From assembly GCA_003133385.1 (NCBI GenBank), contig PKXF01000001.1, forward strand, positions 41,052 through 105,051: a stretch of 64,000 nt of DNA, read 5' to 3'. Positions 35,246-43,021 of the stretch are shown here, one piece after another. This DNA comes from Candidatus Saccharimonadota bacterium. Its GTDB lineage: Bacteria > Patescibacteriota > Saccharimonadia > Saccharimonadales > UBA4665. Under the pieces are notes generated by a model, which was not told the origin of the DNA, searched no databases, and saw only the letters and a list, made by a program, of their open reading frames with translations. Each line of letters begins with the position of its first letter. Positions within the stretch are counted from its first letter, which is position 1. The translations under genes and the position numbers were made by a program.

Positions 35246-35779
35246 CTAGCCAACGATATGTAGGAATTCACTCCTGGTTGAGCTGTTGTTCTTAAACAGG
35301 CCTTTGAGGCAAGAGGTTGTGGTTTGGGTATCTGGCTTCTTTAAACCGCGCATTTCCATACAAAGATGGCGGGCCGTAAGGATAACACCGACCCCTTTTG
35401 GCTGCAGTTTATCTGTCAAGAATTCGGCGACCTGTGTCGTCAGCCGCTCTTGGGTTTGCAGGCCGCGGCCAAAGTTCTCCAGGGTAAGAGCCAGGCCTGA
35501 TAAACCGACTATATGTTTATTGGGAATGTAGGCGACAGCCCCGTAACCAAAAAACGGCAGCAAGTGGTGTTCGCAGACACTATAGAAAGCAATGTTGCTC
35601 TGGACGATCATTTCGTCATAGCCCTCATTAGGAAAAACACTTAGATCAAGTTTCGGGGCATCAAAAAAGTCTTTAATAAAATCGGCGTAGCGCTGCGGCG
35701 TGGCACGGAGTCCCTCGCGCGTGGGATTGGGATCTAAATATTCCAAAAGGTCTTTAATAATCGGGGCTGGTTTGCTCAC
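35246..35779 (-). CDS. folE: GTP cyclohydrolase I
   Basis: 177 aa with FYSVCEHHLLPFFG and LQTQERLT signatures. Confidence 0.9.
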   Translation of the reverse strand: MSKPAPIIKDLLEYLDPNPTREGLRATPQRYADFIKDFFDAPKLDLSVFPNEGYDEMIVQSNIAFYSVCEHHLLPFFGYGAVAYIPNKHIVGLSGLALTLENFGRGLQTQERLTTQVAEFLTDKLQPKGVGVILTARHLCMEMRGLKKPDTQTTTSCLKGLFKNNSSTRSEFLHIVG

Positions 35780-35884
35780 CTAAATCTCCTTTTACGTTCT
35801 CGGTATGGTATAGTATAAAGCACTGCATCAAGAAATAGATCAAGCTTGCAAAACAAACACCATATATGATATCATAGGTAGCCT

Positions 35885-37405
35885 ATGCCGACGTCTAATG
35901 AACAGATTGGCCAGTTAATTGCTCAAGTAAGGCAAGAAAAAGGTTTGACCCAAGCCGCTTTTGCTAGGCGTCTTAAAACATCCCAATCGGCCGTTAACCG
36001 TATCGAACACGGCCGCCAGAATCTCAGCCTGGAGACACTTGGCCGTATCAGTGAAGTTCTCAATAAGCAACTCATCAGCCTCAGCAGTGGGGCTATTAAT
36101 TTGCGGATTGAGGGGGGCCACGAGCTGAAGGGCGATATTACGCTCAAAACCAGCAAGAATGCCGCGGTGGCTTTACTTTGCGGCAGCTTACTTAACTATG
36201 GCGTGACACGGTTTAAGTCGTTTCCTAGAATCGAAGAGGTCTACCGGATTATTGAAGTACTGGAGAGTATCGGCGTTCAGGTAAAATGGCTGTCGGATAA
36301 CGATTTGGAAATACGGCGCCCTGAAAAGCTACAGCTCGACAAGCTTAACGCTGTTGCCGCCCGCAAAACCCGCAGCGTTCTCATGCTTATCGGGGCCTTG
36401 CTTCATGACTACCCGTCGTTCAAAATCCCTTATGCCGGCGGCTGTAAGCTCGGCGAGAGAACAGTTGAGCCCCACCTGTTTGCCTTGGAAGAGTTTGGGG
36501 TAAGCATAGTAGCCAAGACCGGGCATTATAACGTTACCGTTAACAAAAAGGCGCCCGGTGAAATTGTGCTTTATGAATCCGGCAATACCGTGACCAACAA
36601 TGCTCTTCTGGCGGCGGCCCGTACCACGCAGCCGACGACCATACAGGCTGCCAGCGGCGATTATATGGTCCAGGACCTATGTTATTTCCTGCGAAAGCTT
36701 GGGGTTCAGATTGACGGGATAGGCAGCCAATTCTTAACCGTCAAGGGAGTTGATCGCATTAAGAAGAATATAACTTATGCTCCGACTGAAGATCCGATTG
36801 AAGCAATGTTCTTTATCTCAGCAGCCGTTACAACTAATTCTAAAATTACCATTCACCGCGTTCCATATAAATGGATCGGGCTGGAACTTTTGAAACTAAA
36901 GAAAATGGGCCTTAAGCTTCGTATTTCTGAACCGTATAAAGCCGCTAACGGTATGGTCGATCTGGCCGATATCGTAGTCGAAAAACATAACGGTACCTTG
37001 AAGGCGCTTAACGATAAACTGCATCCTAACCTCTACCCAGGCTTGAACCCAGATAACCTACCATATTTTGTACCGATTGCCGCTACTTGTCATGGCCGGA
37101 CACTCATCCATGACTGGATGTATGAAAACCGTGCCTTATACTTCACGGAGATGACCAAGGTAGGCGTCCAGGTCGAGCTGGCCGACCCGCACCGTATCTA
37201 TATAACCGGGCCGACTAAGTTTAGTGCCGCTGACGTAACTTGTCCGCCAGCTTTACGCCCGGCCAGCCTGCTGCTTATTGGTATGCTGGCAGCCGATGGC
37301 AACTCTATTCTTAGAAACGTCTATACAATTAACCGCGGTTACGAGGATATTGCCGAGCGGCTTAATAGTCTTGGTGCCCGTATCACGGTCTTGCACGAAA
37401 TCTAA
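35885..37405 (+). CDS. murA: UDP-N-acetylglucosamine 1-carboxyvinyltransferase with N-terminal XRE-type HTH domain (fusion)
   Basis: 506 aa. Residues ~5-60 (IGQLIAQVRQEKGLTQAAFARRLKTSQSAVNRIEHGRQNLSLETL) are an HTH_XRE domain. From ~aa 70 the protein is MurA-like: LRIEGGHELKGDITLKTSKNAA, the catalytic-Cys segment AGGCKLGERTVEPH, and the C-terminal NRGYEDIAERLNSLGA. Confidence 0.85.
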   Translation: MPTSNEQIGQLIAQVRQEKGLTQAAFARRLKTSQSAVNRIEHGRQNLSLETLGRISEVLNKQLISLSSGAINLRIEGGHELKGDITLKTSKNAAVALLCGSLLNYGVTRFKSFPRIEEVYRIIEVLESIGVQVKWLSDNDLEIRRPEKLQLDKLNAVAARKTRSVLMLIGALLHDYPSFKIPYAGGCKLGERTVEPHLFALEEFGVSIVAKTGHYNVTVNKKAPGEIVLYESGNTVTNNALLAAARTTQPTTIQAASGDYMVQDLCYFLRKLGVQIDGIGSQFLTVKGVDRIKKNITYAPTEDPIEAMFFISAAVTTNSKITIHRVPYKWIGLELLKLKKMGLKLRISEPYKAANGMVDLADIVVEKHNGTLKALNDKLHPNLYPGLNPDNLPYFVPIAATCHGRTLIHDWMYENRALYFTEMTKVGVQVELADPHRIYITGPTKFSAADVTCPPALRPASLLLIGMLAADGNSILRNVYTINRGYEDIAERLNSLGARITVLHEI

Positions 37406-37439
37406 ATTACTCCTACCGTCTGATATAATCGGGGACAGC

Positions 37440-37514
37440 GCGGGTGTCGTATAGCGGTTATTATTTTTGTTTTCCAAACAAAAAACGGGAGTTCGACTCT
37501 CCCCACCCGCACCA
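37440..37514 (+). tRNA. tRNA-Gly (anticodon TCC)
   Basis: Acceptor GCGGGTG/CACCCGC, anticodon stem TTTGT/ACAAA with loop TTTCCAA (TCC at 34-36), T arm GGGAG-TTCGACT-CTCCC, discriminator A, CCA. Confidence 0.85.
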
Positions 37515-37523
37515 ATAAGATGT

Positions 37524-37829
37524 CTACTGCTCTGAGTGGCCAAGGCTAAATTCAAGTTCAGCCGTCCGGCCGGCTTGATTCACTTCCGGACTGATACTCT
37601 TATCATTGTTATTGAGCGTAATGTGGGCTAAGCCATGTGCACTCGGTGTAACCTGAAGCGGCCTGGTGAACAGATCGTGTACTAGGGCTAGTCCGTTGCC
37701 GGTCGTAGTACTTTGTTGCAACACTAAAGGAGCGGAGATTACTAAAACTGCTACGGCGATAATTACTACCGGCAGCGCATGGTGGTGGAGTTTTTTGGGT
37801 GTAGGGCGCTTTGTTACTTCCATTGCCAC
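37524..37829 (-). CDS. Small single-pass membrane protein
   Basis: 101 aa with a basic N-terminus, one TM span (LPVVIIAVAVLVISAPLVL) and a ~60-aa external tail. It overlaps the upstream gene by 16 nt. Confidence 0.5.
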   Translation of the reverse strand: MAMEVTKRPTPKKLHHHALPVVIIAVAVLVISAPLVLQQSTTTGNGLALVHDLFTRPLQVTPSAHGLAHITLNNNDKSISPEVNQAGRTAELEFSLGHSEQ

Positions 37830-38794
37830 TGTGCTTCCAACGTTTGTAGATTAATACTTGAGCCGTTAATGGCATGTAATACGTCAAAGACGTTATAGCC
37901 GTTGACAGTCTGATGCAAAACACCGGTTTCTACGACGGCAGTATTCTGGCTTTTGTTACTGGCATAGACGGTGTACGACAGGCTGCCGGCAAAGCTTGAC
38001 GGTCCCTGGGTGGTGACCGTAAAGCCAGGCAGGTTATCGTGAACGTCAGCGTCAATTGCCTGTTTTGCCAGAGCCGTAAATGTACCGGGGTCAGTAGTGC
38101 CGGATTTGGTTGCTACAACTTTATAAACATTGGTTGAGGTGGAAAAGCTTTGGCCGTTAAATACGGTCGTGTCGCAACTGCCTGAGCTGTTACTAACGTT
38201 ATACGTATCGACCAGGTTAAATGAATAGCATGGAGTCGCTAGCTTGGACGTAGCCTTGGAGCTGGTGTTGTTTTGTCCTGTCTGGGTATTTTGGTTGGAG
38301 CTCTTGTCATGTTCGAGATTCCAGACCAAGGCGGCCAGGCCGGCTACAATAGCCAGGCTAGCTATAATCAGGCCGACTATTGCCAGCTTACGACGCGCCT
38401 TGCGGCGTGAGACAGTTCCCATACACAAACCAGCTATACCAAAAACTAGCCCTATTACCGGTATAAGAAAACCGGCGCCGGCAATGCCAATAACGCCAAA
38501 TATTACCGCCAGCAAGGCCGGTGTTTCCCCGACGTGCTGGTTAGGAGTCGCCAGGGCATAATTTGGTACTGTTGACGGACCTGGTACGCCAACTGCAGCA
38601 GGTGCCGATGGTGCAGGAGCAGGCAGCTGATTGTTTGGGTTAGCTGCTTCGTTAGGCTGCCCTACTTGCCCGGGTTGGGCAGCGTTTGTAGGCACGGGAT
38701 CAGAAGTTACTAGCGGGGTTTGGACCGGGTAGCCGCAATTGCCACAAAAAGCAGCACCTGGTTCAACAATTTCATGGCATTTTTGGCAATTCAT
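37814..38794 (-). CDS. Zinc-ribbon / two-TM membrane protein with extracytoplasmic C-terminal domain
   Basis: 326 aa. It has an N-terminal CxxC-x13-CxxC ribbon (MNCQKCHEIVEPGAAFCGNCG), a P/A/Q-rich linker, two hydrophobic spans (DUF4190-like GxxxG-rich), and a ~170-aa S/T/N-rich external domain. Confidence 0.65.
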   Translation of the reverse strand: MNCQKCHEIVEPGAAFCGNCGYPVQTPLVTSDPVPTNAAQPGQVGQPNEAANPNNQLPAPAPSAPAAVGVPGPSTVPNYALATPNQHVGETPALLAVIFGVIGIAGAGFLIPVIGLVFGIAGLCMGTVSRRKARRKLAIVGLIIASLAIVAGLAALVWNLEHDKSSNQNTQTGQNNTSSKATSKLATPCYSFNLVDTYNVSNSSGSCDTTVFNGQSFSTSTNVYKVVATKSGTTDPGTFTALAKQAIDADVHDNLPGFTVTTQGPSSFAGSLSYTVYASNKSQNTAVVETGVLHQTVNGYNVFDVLHAINGSSINLQTLEAQWQWK

Positions 38795-38822
38795 AATTTT
38801 TTTTTGTGAGACTACACCTTAT

Positions 38823-39587
38823 TTAAGCATTTTTACCGCAATGCACGCAATAAAGGTGATGGTGCGGGTTGGGCCAGCCGCATGACCGGCAAAAGCTGTT
38901 ATGACCGACTACGCTCAAACCGAGGTCCTGGTCATGGTCATTAGCCCGGGAAAACAGCAAGAATAGATTGCCGCTCAGGCATAGGGTAATAGTTATGGAC
39001 AGCAACGTGTACATCTGAACTCCTGACAGCAGCCCGAAGTCATAAATACCATGAATAACTATGGCGCAGATGAAAGGTATGATTACCAGAAACGGTGTGC
39101 GGTGAGTCAGCTTTTGCCTGGCTAGAAAATAGCCTACCGTTCCAGTAATAGCAGCATGGAATACCGGCGTTAAGAACAACCTTGTCATGCCAGTTTGGGT
39201 TCCGCCTTGGATGGTATACAAGATATTTTCCGGCAGGCCGAATCCCAGTCCGGCCAAAGCAAAGTAAATTACCCCGTCGGTGTGTTCATTGAAGAAGTCG
39301 CGTTTGTAGATCAGCAGCGCTAAGGGTAGGAATTTACAGCTCTCTTCTATAGCCGCCACTGTCATAGTGGCGCTCAGTAAGGTTCCTTTGGCCGTGCCGA
39401 CGGCCAGGCTGCCGGACGATATAAAGTGAGTTTCGATAAAGTAGGCGGCTAGTGCGCCAAGGGCACCCATGCCAAAAGCAAACCACAGGGCTAAAATCGG
39501 TTCCTTCTTGCCGTGGTCATGGCTAATTAAAAACCATGCCAAACCGCCAGCGATCGCTAAGAAAGTGAGCAGAATAAGTAGTAGCAT
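38823..39587 (-). CDS. PrsW-family intramembrane metalloprotease with C-terminal zinc ribbon
   Basis: 254 aa and polytopic. It has AIEESCKFLP (EExxK), FHAAITG and VIHGIYDF (HxxxD) PrsW-type motifs, plus a C-terminal CRSCG-x11-CVHCG ribbon. Confidence 0.7.
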   Translation of the reverse strand: MLLLILLTFLAIAGGLAWFLISHDHGKKEPILALWFAFGMGALGALAAYFIETHFISSGSLAVGTAKGTLLSATMTVAAIEESCKFLPLALLIYKRDFFNEHTDGVIYFALAGLGFGLPENILYTIQGGTQTGMTRLFLTPVFHAAITGTVGYFLARQKLTHRTPFLVIIPFICAIVIHGIYDFGLLSGVQMYTLLSITITLCLSGNLFLLFSRANDHDQDLGLSVVGHNSFCRSCGWPNPHHHLYCVHCGKNA

Positions 39588-39652
39588 GGCAAAGTTTTTA
39601 TTTTTATCTTACAGATATAGTATACACTATAAATTGTCTTTCCCTACCGCGT

Positions 39653-39729
39653 GCCCCGGTAGCTCAGCTGGATAGAGCAGAGGACTTCTAAGCCTAAGGT
39701 CGTAGGTTCAAATCCTACCCGGGGCACCA
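39653..39729 (+). tRNA. tRNA-Arg (anticodon TCT), atypical anticodon stem
   Basis: Acceptor GCCCCGG/CCGGGGC, D arm GCTC/GAGC, T arm GTAGG-TTCAAAT-CCTAC, A73, CCA. The loop is CTTCTAA, but the stem GAGGA/GCCTA has only three central Watson-Crick pairs. Confidence 0.75.
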
Positions 39730-39794
39730 TTAAGAACTGATTTGAAATAATTGTCACTTCGCAGTAGGCATTATAGAATAAGTCAGCGGTTTAT

Positions 39795-39872
39795 GGTGCC
39801 TGTAGCTTAGTCGGTTAAAGCGTCGGGTTGTGGTTCCGAAGATCGGGGGTTCAAGTCCCCTCAGGCACCCCA
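39795..39872 (+). tRNA. tRNA-His (anticodon GTG) with genome-encoded G-1
   Basis: An extra 5' G pairs with C73. Acceptor GTGCCTG/CAGGCAC, anticodon stem TCGGG/TCCGA with loop TTGTGGT, CCA encoded. Confidence 0.9.
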
Positions 39873-39904
39873 TATATGACCAAAGATATGCTACTATTTC
39901 TCTA

Positions 39905-40939
39905 ATGAAGTATAGTTTTTTCGACACCTATCCCGGTTCTGCACACCCGGAGATTCTGAAGTATTTGCTTGAGCATAATCTTGATCATTTTGTCGACCCT
40001 GAACAAGATACATATGCCGAGCTCGGCATAGAGCATATCAAACAAGCATTTGGACTGCCAGATGCAGATATCCACTATCTTCCAAATGGCACTAGTTGTA
40101 ACATCACGGCGCTCTCTTCTATGCTTAGGCCGTTTGAGGTGGTTATCTGTCCGGCTAGTGGTCACATAAATAATTATGAAACCGGAGCTATTGAAGCCAC
40201 TGGCCATAAGATCATTACAGTTGATGCCCCTGATGGCAAGCTTACCCCAGCCCTCATTGGTCAGGTTCTGGATGGTCATGAAGGCTACTTGATGGTAAAG
40301 CCACGTGCTGTCTATCTTACTCAGGTAACTGAGAAAGGAACTGTTTACAGTAAGGATGAATTGACAGCCGTCATTGCCTACGCCAAGAGTAAAGGTCTAT
40401 ACACTTACCTGGATGGTGCCCGATTAGCTATGGCTCTTGCCAGTAAGTTCGCCAAGATAAGTCTCAAGGAATTCGGCCAACTTGACCTTGACATGTTTTA
40501 CATTGGCGGCACCAAGAACGGTGGTCTGTACGGTGAAGCAATTGTGATTAAGAATGATGCACTTAAGGATGACTTTCAGAGTTATATGAAACGCCAAGGT
40601 GCATCCATGGCCAAACCGCGCCCGATAAGTCTGCAATTTGCGCGTTTTTTTGATGAGGACAATCTTTGGTTACAACTTGCTGGGCACGCTAATGAAATGG
40701 GGGAGTACCTACGGCAGGAGCTGACATCAGTTGGCGCCAAGTTGATAGATCAGAGTGACGCCAATCATGCATTCGTCATTATGAAGGATAGTGATGTTGA
40801 TAGATTAGCGGCAGATTTTGATTTCGATATATCGGGAAAATGGGATGATACAACCACAAAAGTCCGTTTGGTCTGTTCGTGGTGTACTAAACCTGAAGAT
40901 GTTGACGGGTTTATAGAAGCCGTTAAAAGTCTGCAATAG
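39905..40939 (+). CDS. Low-specificity L-threonine aldolase-like PLP enzyme (beta-eliminating lyase fold)
   Basis: I trimmed the ORF to the ATG at 39905 because the track start (39830) lies inside tRNA-His. It has SFFDTYPGSAHPE, NGTSCNITALS and GGTKNG (PLP lysine). Confidence 0.65.
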   Translation: MKYSFFDTYPGSAHPEILKYLLEHNLDHFVDPEQDTYAELGIEHIKQAFGLPDADIHYLPNGTSCNITALSSMLRPFEVVICPASGHINNYETGAIEATGHKIITVDAPDGKLTPALIGQVLDGHEGYLMVKPRAVYLTQVTEKGTVYSKDELTAVIAYAKSKGLYTYLDGARLAMALASKFAKISLKEFGQLDLDMFYIGGTKNGGLYGEAIVIKNDALKDDFQSYMKRQGASMAKPRPISLQFARFFDEDNLWLQLAGHANEMGEYLRQELTSVGAKLIDQSDANHAFVIMKDSDVDRLAADFDFDISGKWDDTTTKVRLVCSWCTKPEDVDGFIEAVKSLQ

Positions 40940-40999
40940 TACTAACCGTAGCCTCTAAGGTGATTATGTTTTGATATTTATCTTTGCTAACATACCCCT

Positions 41000-41842
41000 A
41001 TGGGCTTTTTCTACCTGCTCATCTCTATTTTCGGAGAGAGCGCAGGGAAAACAATAGACAAACTAAATTTCAGAAAAAACCGGATTGCCGCCAGGCAACT
41101 GATGTTGCTGATATTTGTTGCGATGACGGCTCTGCTGTCGCTATACATTTATCTGACTAAGCAACCTTTACCGCGCTTTACTCTTATCGCTATCGGGTTT
41201 ATAGCGCTTATTGCCCTGGTGTCGTTTTTCAGTAACGTCTTTGATGTTCTAAGTCTTAAGGCCGATGATCTTTCTCTGAGAGAACCGCTGTGTGACTTTG
41301 AACCGATCGTGGCGGGATTAGTTGGTTATGCGCTTTTTCCAAGCGAGCGCAAGCCGGGGTTTCTGCTGGCTTTCCTACTCGGAGCAATTATCGTGTATTA
41401 CGGAACTCATCGCCGTAAGTTGCGCCGGCTTCAGAAAAGAGGCATGTCGTTCTTATTACTAGCTATTTCTTTTGAGTCGCTACTGCCGAGCATCTATAAA
41501 GAAACACTTGGTTATCTATCGCCTACCTATATTGCTTGGTTTAGGGTTGTTTCTGTATTGGTATTAACCAGTTTATTCTTCCCTCCTAAGAAAATGCTTA
41601 AGGCGTCTTCCAAGAAACTTGGCTATAGTTTCTTATCTGGCATCGCTTATTCCCTGGGGGCGGTGGCCAGTATATACGCCATTAAAGAGCTTGGTGTGGT
41701 GTTAACAATGCTACTGATGCTACTCGGCCCGTTTTTACGCTACACCGCAGGTTATTTTGTCTTGAAAGAAAACGTGCGCAGGGGTGAAGTGGCCTCCAGC
41801 GTCTTATTGGCATTGGTTGTATTAGTGCCAATAGTTAGATAA
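41000..41842 (+). CDS. Polytopic membrane protein (DMT/EamA-like?)
   Basis: 280 aa with about 9-10 hydrophobic spans. The family assignment is tentative. Confidence 0.5.
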   Translation: MGFFYLLISIFGESAGKTIDKLNFRKNRIAARQLMLLIFVAMTALLSLYIYLTKQPLPRFTLIAIGFIALIALVSFFSNVFDVLSLKADDLSLREPLCDFEPIVAGLVGYALFPSERKPGFLLAFLLGAIIVYYGTHRRKLRRLQKRGMSFLLLAISFESLLPSIYKETLGYLSPTYIAWFRVVSVLVLTSLFFPPKKMLKASSKKLGYSFLSGIAYSLGAVASIYAIKELGVVLTMLLMLLGPFLRYTAGYFVLKENVRRGEVASSVLLALVVLVPIVR

Positions 41843-42449
41843 CTTCTGGCTGAGGTGCTGCTAGTTGAGCCGTCGGCATAGCTTGTGGTAAAGATAATAG
41901 GCTGCCGTCTGTTTGGTAAAGCTGGACTAGTTCTCTAAAAATTGGCCCTTTCCTACCTATGTTGGCGGCCATTCTATATTTCTTAGGTATCAGGAAGTTT
42001 TTGTTGTAATTTACAGGAGCTACCCAGCCAATTAAATCATGCTCGTCACCCATACTAATGATGCCAGGAGGAATGACAATGCCAGGGAAATTATCCGGTT
42101 CTTGGTCATCAGGAGGGTTTTGTGCCTCCAGCATAAGAGCTTCTTCAGGAAGGTTTTTGGCGGCCGCGGCTATAAGATAGCTGGTTTTAAATCCGCCATC
42201 CACTACAACGGCTTTAACATGGAGTGCCCTTGGGTGGGCCAGCTCAATGCCTGGTATCTCTTCAATTGTTACTTCACGGCGGGCAACCCGCATCAGGTTT
42301 GATTCCCTTGGGTTAAAGCTACCGCCAAACCAATCATATTCCCCCTTACGTGTATGCTCTTCTTGGCTTCTTCTGCCCGTAAGTATTTTGCCGTGGGGGC
42401 CAATGATGGCTACTTTTACTTTTCTCTCATTTTCTATGTTTAAGCCCAT
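41835..42449 (-). CDS. NUDIX-like hydrolase (degenerate Nudix box)
   Basis: 204 aa. GGSFNPRESNLMRVARREVTIEEIPG approximates Gx5Ex7REUxEExGU with one extra residue. Confidence 0.4.
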   Translation of the reverse strand: MGLNIENERKVKVAIIGPHGKILTGRRSQEEHTRKGEYDWFGGSFNPRESNLMRVARREVTIEEIPGIELAHPRALHVKAVVVDGGFKTSYLIAAAAKNLPEEALMLEAQNPPDDQEPDNFPGIVIPPGIISMGDEHDLIGWVAPVNYNKNFLIPKKYRMAANIGRKGPIFRELVQLYQTDGSLLSLPQAMPTAQLAAPQPEVI

Positions 42450-42509
42450 TTAATTTAAAGCATAACAGAAACTAGTTGAATTCTTTAATAATATATATTG
42501 ATATATATT

Positions 42510-42950
42510 TTATTGGCTTAAGACTGCTTGGCTCAATTGGCAGTCAGCGCAGTAGCCCTGGACTTCAAGCTGGTGGCTGGTGGCAACCACATGATGCTTG
42601 ACGGCTAATTCCTGGATGAGTTTCTCTATCTGTTCGTCTTCACTAATAGCGATAAGCTTGTGGCAGCCCAGGCAGCTAATATGGTGATGGTGATGCAAAA
42701 ATATATCGGTAAGTTCAACTTTATATTTCCAGCCGACATAGACGCGCTGGGCAATGCCGGTCTGTTCAAAGATCTTTATGGTCCGGTATAAACTGGCCCG
42801 GTCAATTTTTCCTTTGGCTCGCATATATATATCATGCATTGACTGCGGTTCCTCATCATTTAGCAGCCCAAAGACCAGGCTCCTAGGCCTAGTGATGCTA
42901 TAGCCGTTGCGCCTCAAAATGTCGCTCAGTATCTGTAATTTCTTCTCCAT
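42510..42950 (-). CDS. Fur-family metalloregulator (Zur-like by context)
   Basis: Start trimmed to the ATG at 42950 (MEKKLQIL). It has a winged-helix ITRPRSLVFGLL, a His run HHHHHISCLGCHK and a second CxxC (YCADC). It is divergent from a metal ABC importer. Confidence 0.8.
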   Translation of the reverse strand: MEKKLQILSDILRRNGYSITRPRSLVFGLLNDEEPQSMHDIYMRAKGKIDRASLYRTIKIFEQTGIAQRVYVGWKYKVELTDIFLHHHHHISCLGCHKLIAISEDEQIEKLIQELAVKHHVVATSHQLEVQGYCADCQLSQAVLSQ

Positions 42951-42979
42951 GTAGCAATTATTATATAAAAACTGCAACA

Positions 42980-42991
42980 AATTTGCAAATT
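42980..42991. promoter_or_regulatory. Candidate Fur-family operator (perfect 12-bp palindrome)
   Basis: AATTTGCAAATT sits in the 71-bp divergent intergenic region between the regulator and the binding-protein gene. A TGCAA half-site also occurs 5 nt upstream. Confidence 0.45.
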
Positions 42992-43021
42992 ATCATACAG
43001 CTTGGTTATGATGGCAGCATT

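Noticed and set aside
37440-37514. My first-pass reading of this tRNA as tRNA-Trp, because CCA occurs in the anticodon loop region.
   Set aside because: The only 5-bp stem that gives a 7-nt loop is TTTGT/ACAAA, which puts TCC at positions 34-36. The acceptor GCGGGTG is also typical of tRNA-Gly(TCC).
39830-39904. The ORF-track start of the threonine-aldolase-like gene at 39830.
   Set aside because: That start lies inside tRNA-His (39795-39872). The first ATG after the tRNA (39905) gives a sensible N-terminus.
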